From positions 31,943-95,942 of the forward strand of contig JBMUEW010000001.1 in assembly GCA_049460875.1 (NCBI GenBank): a stretch of DNA of 64,000 nucleotides, in the 5' to 3' direction. This DNA comes from Pontimonas sp. (GTDB lineage Bacteria > Actinomycetota > Actinomycetes > Actinomycetales > Microbacteriaceae). Of this stretch, positions 58,045 to 64,000 are shown in pieces; position 1 is the stretch's first letter, and every line of letters begins with the position of its first letter. The notes beneath the pieces are model-generated. The model was not told the origin of the DNA and made no database searches. It saw only the letters and a program-made list of their open reading frames with translations. The translations under genes were made by a program, and so were the position numbers.

Positions 58045-60015
58045 ATGGAAACTCCACCGACTGATCCCCTGCTCGGGAGGCTGGTGGACAAGCGCTACCT
58101 CATCGAGCGCAGAGTGGCCCGCGGTGGAATGGCTACGGTGTATGAGGCAACGGACCAGCGCCTCGAGCGACCCGTCGCGATCAAGATTATGCACCCTCAC
58201 CTCGCTGAGGATGGTGACTTCACGAAACGCTTCATCCAAGAAGCGCGACAGGCCGCGCGTCTGGCCCACCCCAACATCGTTAACGTCTTCGACCAGGGTC
58301 AAGATGGCCCCATTACCTTCATCGTGATGGAGTATTTGCCAGGAATAACGCTGAGAGAACTCTTGCAGGATTTCGGCGCCCTCACTCCCGCTCAGACCGT
58401 GGACATTGTTCGAGCAGTCCTGCAAGGCCTAGACGCGGCTCACACCGCAGGCATCGTCCACCGCGACCTGAAACCAGAGAATGTCCTCTTAGCCGATGAC
58501 GGCCGCATCAAGATTGCTGACTTTGGGCTTGCTCGAGCCTCCACCCACAACACCGCCACATCGCAAGCCCTCCTCGGGACAATTGCGTATCTAAGCCCCG
58601 AACTCATCAGCCGAGGTGAGGCTGACCTTCGCAGCGACATTTACGCGCTTGGCATCATGATGTTCGAGATGCTCACCGGCGCGCAGCCCTATCAGGGTGA
58701 CCAAGCGGTCACCATTGCGTACCAGCATCAAAACGACATCGTGCCTCCCCCGAGTTCAAAGAAACCGGCCATACCCGCACTCTTTGACGAACTCGTCGAT
58801 TGGTGCACTAGACGCTCAGCCGACGAGCGACCCCCACACGCGAGAGCGGTACTAGAGCATCTTGTCGAGATAGAGAAACTCTTGGGGGCGGAAACACTCG
58901 CCACGGCCACGATGGACCTCAACCAGACGATCGCGATGACGCAACGAATGTCTCCGATGGATATCCAAGACACCGAAGTGTTGGATCCCAAATCCGCAGT
59001 GTTTGAAGGACTGGAACCAGCCCCCACCCAGAGCGTCACGGTCACGGAGGCTCCCCCGCAGGAGCCGGTGCGAGAGCGAAAACCGCCTCGAGGGAGGGGC
59101 TTAGCAGTTCTCGGAACACTCGTGCTCCTTCTCGTGCTCGGTGGCGGAGGTGCCGCAGCGTGGTGGTGGTTCACCGGACCGGGAGCTCTCGTCACTGTTC
59201 CCGACGTTGCTGGCGGCTCGGTCCTGGAGGCCACGGCAACCCTTGTCGAAGCTGAACTCAGTGTCGCAGACACAGTCCTCGAGGAATTTGATCTTGTCCT
59301 CCCCGAAGGAACCGTCAAAGGAACTAACCCCTCCGCGGGAGCGGAGGTAGAGAAACAAACCGAAATCCGACTCATCGTGTCGCTCGGTCCCAACCCGGTC
59401 GCTGTTCCCGCTATTTCGGGGCAAAGCCTCGCCGATGTCGAACTGGCTCTGCAGGAAGTTAACCTCATCCTGGGATCCACGTCGGAAGAGTTCAACGACT
59501 TTGTTGATGAGGGCTCGGTTCTGAGACTGGTCGATGAGAACAACGAGACCTTGGCCGCCGGATCACAGGTCCTCGCTGGCTCTACTCTCAATGCCGTGCT
59601 CTCAGCAGGGCCACTGCCAGACGTCACAGGTTTACCCGTCGACGAAGCAAGGGAAACTCTGGATGCAGTCGGGGTGAACGGTGTGGTGGGCGGGGATGGC
59701 GCATTCTCTGACACCGTGCCGGAGGGCTACGTTGTTGAGGTGTCTCTCCCGGCAGGTGCCACCATTCGTCCCGGCGACACTCTCACGTTGATTGTGTCCC
59801 GAGGTCCCGAACTGGTCATGATTCCGGATCTTGTCGGCGAAACCATTGCTGATGCAAAAGAGGTGCTTGAGGGCCTCGGCTTCGAGGTGGAAGTACGTTC
59901 CGAGTTTCCCGAGTCAGATTGGGATAGGTCGTTTGCGCGTGTCACCAGCCTTAGTCCGAGCTCAGGTCAAGAAGTCGCCAAGGGAACCTTGGTGATCATT
60001 AGAAGCTTCGTCTAG
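58045..60015 (+). CDS. PASTA-domain Ser/Thr protein kinase (PknL-like position)
   Basis: GGMATVY, VAIK, HRDLKPEN, DFG, one TM helix and about four PASTA repeats; lies near the Rv2175c-like gene. Confidence 0.93.
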   Translation: METPPTDPLLGRLVDKRYLIERRVARGGMATVYEATDQRLERPVAIKIMHPHLAEDGDFTKRFIQEARQAARLAHPNIVNVFDQGQDGPITFIVMEYLPGITLRELLQDFGALTPAQTVDIVRAVLQGLDAAHTAGIVHRDLKPENVLLADDGRIKIADFGLARASTHNTATSQALLGTIAYLSPELISRGEADLRSDIYALGIMMFEMLTGAQPYQGDQAVTIAYQHQNDIVPPPSSKKPAIPALFDELVDWCTRRSADERPPHARAVLEHLVEIEKLLGAETLATATMDLNQTIAMTQRMSPMDIQDTEVLDPKSAVFEGLEPAPTQSVTVTEAPPQEPVRERKPPRGRGLAVLGTLVLLLVLGGGGAAAWWWFTGPGALVTVPDVAGGSVLEATATLVEAELSVADTVLEEFDLVLPEGTVKGTNPSAGAEVEKQTEIRLIVSLGPNPVAVPAISGQSLADVELALQEVNLILGSTSEEFNDFVDEGSVLRLVDENNETLAAGSQVLAGSTLNAVLSAGPLPDVTGLPVDEARETLDAVGVNGVVGGDGAFSDTVPEGYVVEVSLPAGATIRPGDTLTLIVSRGPELVMIPDLVGETIADAKEVLEGLGFEVEVRSEFPESDWDRSFARVTSLSPSSGQEVAKGTLVIIRSFV

Positions 60016-61388
60016 CTCCGGCTCAGTTCCTCTGCTACCAAGAAGGCTAGCTCCAGAGACTGCTGGTGGTTTAGGCGAGGATCACACAGAGACTCGTACC
60101 GAGTCTCCAGACCCAACTCATCGATGTTCTGGGAGCCACCCAAGCACTCGGTCACATCATCTCCCGTGAGTTCCACGTGAATGCCGCCGGGGTGAGTACC
60201 CACCTCGCGGTGAGCTTCGAAGAAGCCCTTCACCTCGTCGACGACATCATCAAATCTCCGGGTCTTGTACCCGGTCTGAGTGGTGATGCCATTACCGTGC
60301 ATCGGGTCGGATACCCACAGCGGAGTGATGCCCAGCTCCTGGGAGGCCTTAAGTAAGGGTGGTAGCTTCGAGCGAATCTCGTTTGAGCCCATCCTTGTGA
60401 TGAAGGTGAGGCGACCCATCTCGCGCTCGGGGTCAAGTTGGTCGGCAAGTTTCTTGAGGGTTTCGGGGGTGCTCGAGGGGCCCAACTTAACACCAATCGG
60501 GTTTCGCACCCGCGAGAAGAAGTCCACGTGAGCACCATCGAGATCTCGCGTGCGCTCCCCAATCCACAGGAAATGACCCGAGGTGACGTAGGGCAAACCA
60601 GTCCGAGAATCAACACGAGTCAAGGCACGCTCGTACTCCATGAGCAAACCCTCGTGGCTGGCGTAAAACTCAACACGCTTGAGCTCATCAAAATCAGCTC
60701 CAGCGGCTTCCATGAACTTCACCGCTCGATCGATTTCTCGGGCAAGGCCCTCATACCGGGCGTTCGCCGGGTTCTCGGCAAAACCTTTGTTCCAACTGTG
60801 AACCATCCGGAGATCAGCAAATCCACCCTGGGTGAAGGCGCGTATCAGGTTCAACGTCGAGGCCGCAGTGTGGTAACCCTGAAGCATCCTCGCCGGGTCC
60901 GGAGTTCTCGCCTCAGGCGTGAACTCGTAGCCATTAACGATGTCGCCGCGGTACGCGGGTAGTGTCACGCCGTCTCGTGTCTCGTCGTCATTCGAGCGAG
61001 GCTTGGCAAACTGCCCGGCCATGCGACCCATCTTCACGATCGGCAACGAGGCTCCATAGGTCAGAACCACCGCCATCTGCAAGATGGTCTTCACTCGGTT
61101 TCGAATCTTGTCAGCTGTTGCGCCCTCGAACGTCTCCGCGCAGTCCCCTCCCTGAAGCAGGAACGCTTCGCCCCGCGCGACACGTGCGAGACGGTCACGC
61201 AGAATGTCTACTTCACCCGCAAAAACCAGTGGAGGCACGGTGGCAAGCTCTGCCACCACAGCGGCAGCCGCGGCCGGATCCGGCCACTCTGGCTGCTGCT
61301 TAATCGGCAGAGTTTTCCAATGGTCGAGACCCTCGATGACCTGTGGGTCAGGGGCCACGACGTGCTCGTTGTGCTCCACGGTTTCCAT
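60012..61388 (-). CDS. aroG: Class II DAHP synthase
   Basis: QGGDCAE, GQFAKPRS, WIGERTR, DPMHGN and CDPRLN. Start placed at ATG 61388. Confidence 0.95.
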   Translation of the reverse strand: METVEHNEHVVAPDPQVIEGLDHWKTLPIKQQPEWPDPAAAAAVVAELATVPPLVFAGEVDILRDRLARVARGEAFLLQGGDCAETFEGATADKIRNRVKTILQMAVVLTYGASLPIVKMGRMAGQFAKPRSNDDETRDGVTLPAYRGDIVNGYEFTPEARTPDPARMLQGYHTAASTLNLIRAFTQGGFADLRMVHSWNKGFAENPANARYEGLAREIDRAVKFMEAAGADFDELKRVEFYASHEGLLMEYERALTRVDSRTGLPYVTSGHFLWIGERTRDLDGAHVDFFSRVRNPIGVKLGPSSTPETLKKLADQLDPEREMGRLTFITRMGSNEIRSKLPPLLKASQELGITPLWVSDPMHGNGITTQTGYKTRRFDDVVDEVKGFFEAHREVGTHPGGIHVELTGDDVTECLGGSQNIDELGLETRYESLCDPRLNHQQSLELAFLVAEELSRS

Positions 61389-61440
61389 TTCTCTTGACGC
61401 CGATGAACAGCCTACTTCAGGCCGTAGGAGAGCCGAATTC

Positions 61441-62118
61441 TCAGGCTTTCTGGCTCCTGATGGTCGACGCATAGACGTCAACGTATTCCTGCTCACTCAA
61501 CTTGTTCATCTCGTAGATGATTTCGTCTGTGATCGAGCGCAAAACAAAACGGTCACTCTCCATTCCCTCGAAACGCGAGAAATCGAGTGGCTTCCCAATC
61601 ACGACACCCACCTTGTGGACTTTAGGGATAGTGGAGCCCAGTGGCATCACCTTTTCAGTTCCAATCACAGCAGCAGGGATGACCGGAACGTGAGCCTCCA
61701 AAATCATGCGAGCAACTCCGGTGCGACCCCGATACATACGTCCATCGGGACTGCGGGTTCCCTCTGGGTAAATCGCTAAGACACCGCCTTCGGCAAGAAT
61801 CTGAAGTCCAGCGTTGAGAGAGGCCTCGGATGCTTTGCCACCGGTGCGATCAATCGGAAGTTGTCCGGCTGAAGTCATAAAGAAGCGGACCAGCCATCCT
61901 TTGAGTCCTTTCCCCGTGAAGTAATCACTTTTTGCAAGAAACGCCATCTGCCGATCAATCATGAGGGGAAGGAAAATCGAGTCCACAAAGGACAGGTGAT
62001 TACACACCACGATGATGGGTCCGGTACGGGGCACGTTCTCCAGCCCCGTCACCCACGGCCGAAAAACGGTGGTGAGCAAGGGTCCAATGACCCAATGTTT
62101 CATCAACCAATAAAACAT
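61441..62118 (-). CDS. plsC: 1-acyl-sn-glycerol-3-phosphate acyltransferase
   Basis: NHLSFVD and YPEGTRS. Confidence 0.93.
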   Translation of the reverse strand: MFYWLMKHWVIGPLLTTVFRPWVTGLENVPRTGPIIVVCNHLSFVDSIFLPLMIDRQMAFLAKSDYFTGKGLKGWLVRFFMTSAGQLPIDRTGGKASEASLNAGLQILAEGGVLAIYPEGTRSPDGRMYRGRTGVARMILEAHVPVIPAAVIGTEKVMPLGSTIPKVHKVGVVIGKPLDFSRFEGMESDRFVLRSITDEIIYEMNKLSEQEYVDVYASTIRSQKA

Positions 62119-62145
62119 CTGAGCCTCCCCGGTGAAGCTTCCAGA

Positions 62146-63054
62146 CTAGGCCCCAGGCTGGCTCTTCGCACGAGCCAAATCCGCAGCACCCACCACACCA
62201 GCGGAATTACCCATGGTCGCCACCGCGATATCCGCAACGGGTCTTTTGTCACTAGCTCCGTAGGTCTCTTCGAAACTTGCTCGAATTGGAGCAAGAAGGA
62301 GCTCACCAGCACTCGCGACTCCTCCCCCAATCACAATGCGCTGAGGGTCTGTCACCGCGACGAGCGATGTAATTCCTCGGCCGAGTGCGCGCGCCACTGA
62401 CTCGAGTGCGCCGAGCGCCACAGCATTGCCACTCTTGAGAAGCTCCGTCAGGGAGGCTTGGGTGAGCGAATCATCCCCGAAAAGTTCTCGCGCCTGCCTC
62501 ATGAGTGCGGTGCCCGAGGCATACTGCTCCAAACAACCTCTATTTCCACACCCACAGAGCAGTCCCCCGGGCTCAATAATGATGTGGCCCAATTCGGCAG
62601 CCATGCCAAATCCGCCGACAATTAATCGACCATCATCAACCAGGGCTCCTCCGACCCCCGTACCGATAGTGAGCATGAGCATCGAGCTCACATCCCGGCC
62701 CGCACCAAAACGGAACTCTCCCCACCCCGCTGCGTTGGCATCATTTTCGACTACGACGGACACACCCAGACGGTCCGCTACCGCGCTGGCCAGGGGAAAA
62801 TCGCGCCAAGCGAGGTTGGGAGAAAAGTAGAGTCGATCGCGCGGGGCATTGAGAAAAGCTGCCACAGCAACCCCCACGCTCGGGAGCGTTTCTTGGCCGC
62901 CTAGTTCATCAAAAATTTCAGCCAGGGCGTCAAGAATTCCCTCGGGATTCTCGGGTGTGGTGGGACGTGAGACCTGAGCAACAACGACTCCGTCTTCATC
63001 GACTCGGGCGCCCGCAATCTTCGTGCCACCAATGTCTAGACCCAGCGTATCCAC
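62146..63054 (-). CDS. glk: ROK-family glucokinase
   Basis: DIGGTK, ENDANAA, GTGVGG, ELGH and CGCGNRGCLE. Start placed at GTG 63054, after the -10 TAGACT. Confidence 0.92.
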   Translation of the reverse strand: MDTLGLDIGGTKIAGARVDEDGVVVAQVSRPTTPENPEGILDALAEIFDELGGQETLPSVGVAVAAFLNAPRDRLYFSPNLAWRDFPLASAVADRLGVSVVVENDANAAGWGEFRFGAGRDVSSMLMLTIGTGVGGALVDDGRLIVGGFGMAAELGHIIIEPGGLLCGCGNRGCLEQYASGTALMRQARELFGDDSLTQASLTELLKSGNAVALGALESVARALGRGITSLVAVTDPQRIVIGGGVASAGELLLAPIRASFEETYGASDKRPVADIAVATMGNSAGVVGAADLARAKSQPGA

Positions 63055-63097
63055 AGCCGATAAGTCTAAGCGTTCTGCACGACTTGCTCGGCCGTCA

Positions 63098-63601
63098 CTA
63101 GGACGCGGCACCAAACCAATCTGATTCCCGTATCGCTTTGAGGGCGTGCTTCTTGTGTTCTGGTTCGAGTCCCTGGAAATACAGAATTCCATCCAGGTGA
63201 TCGAGTTCGTGTTGCAAGGCCTGAGCCATCAAACCCTCCCCCTCGACTTCAATCCGTTCACCCCCCAGGGTGAATCCTTCGGCGAGTGCATGGGGGTAGC
63301 GCTGACGCGGATACGTCAGTCCCGGAACCGATAGACACCCTTCGGACATTTCCTCGGGTTCACCCCATACCTTCACAAGCCGGGGGTTGAGCAGATACCC
63401 GATGGTGCCATCAATGTTGTAGCTAAAGGCGCGAAGACCCACACCAATTTGGTTGGCAGCCACTCCGGCTCGCCCTGGAAGCTTCACCGTATCGAGGAGG
63501 TCCGTCACGAGTTCCTGCGAACGCGGGGAAGAGAGATCCACGGAATCCGTGGGGCTCGTCAAGATCGGGTCACCGAAAAGTCGAATGGGCCGCTCGGCCA
63601 T
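63098..63601 (-). CDS. def: Peptide deformylase
   Basis: GVAANQ, EGCLS and QHELDHL. Confidence 0.96.
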   Translation of the reverse strand: MAERPIRLFGDPILTSPTDSVDLSSPRSQELVTDLLDTVKLPGRAGVAANQIGVGLRAFSYNIDGTIGYLLNPRLVKVWGEPEEMSEGCLSVPGLTYPRQRYPHALAEGFTLGGERIEVEGEGLMAQALQHELDHLDGILYFQGLEPEHKKHALKAIRESDWFGAAS

Positions 63602-63999
63602 CAGCGAGAGGATGGCTCATCGGCTACGCCCTCGACCACTAAGGCCGCGAGCTCACGCGCGGACTCGCGAGTGTAAGGGCTCAAGCGCGACCAGTCCACA
63701 ATCGACCCCGCTGCTAGATAAGGATCGTAAGGAATACGCACGACATCTCGAACGCGGGAAAGGAAGTGTTGCTCGATTTCATCCAGCTTGACCACATTGG
63801 TTCCCTGGGTCGCGGTGTTCAATGCGACAACCGCACGCTTCACGAGGTCTCCATAGCCGTTCGCTTCAAGCCAGGTCAGGGTCTCCGACGCGAGTCGCGC
63901 CTCGTCCACGCTCCCCCCGGACACAACCACCAGTCCGTCAGCGCGCTCGAGTGTGGGTCGCATGACCGAGTGGACCACGCCCGTTCCACAGTCGGTCAG
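63601..63999 (-). CDS. MinD/ParA-like ATPase, C-terminal part (5' partial)
   Basis: The frame is open to the window end: LTDCGTGVVHSVM...SVDEARLASETLTWL...IPYDP.L. Confidence 0.85.
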   Translation of the reverse strand: MTDCGTGVVHSVMRPTLERADGLVVVSGGSVDEARLASETLTWLEANGYGDLVKRAVVALNTATQGTNVVKLDEIEQHFLSRVRDVVRIPYDPYLAAGSIVDWSRLSPYTRESARELAALVVEGVADEPSSR

Positions 64000-64000
64000 A

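Noticed and set aside
57277-59714. Minus-strand ORFs of 382 and 328 aa opposite the LysM and kinase genes
   Set aside because: Antisense shadows with low-complexity translations.

Overview
GC-rich actinobacterial core chromosome. Protein signatures and gene order point to Microbacteriaceae, and the compact, gene-depleted blocks suggest a streamlined aquatic lineage such as Pontimonas (taxonomy is an inference). Contents from left to right: a LexA-boxed imuA'-imuB-dnaE2 mutasome; tRNA-Leu(GAG); uppP; PAC2; HAD; trmI; an FKBP; pafBC-tatAC-helY-lnt with no pup/proteasome genes; a clear dif site at 20198-20225 marking the replication terminus; trpD; the ctaE-qcrCAB and ctaCDF respiratory genes; erpA, pyrD, nrdR, hisD, dnaE1; the dcw cluster from mraZ to divIVA-rluD; and the idsA / Rv2175c-like / LysM / PASTA-kinase / DAHP synthase / plsC / glk / def block. 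No mobile elements, CRISPR arrays or rRNA were seen. The most unusual signal is in the dcw cluster. MurD is an intact ORF that has lost its ATP-binding and catalytic motifs and its whole C-terminal domain. MurF is reduced to a translationally coupled 147-aa degenerate C-terminal domain. MurE and MurC keep their ATPase motifs but have altered amino-acid-binding motifs. Together this suggests a rewired peptidoglycan stem-peptide pathway with retained pseudo-ligases.
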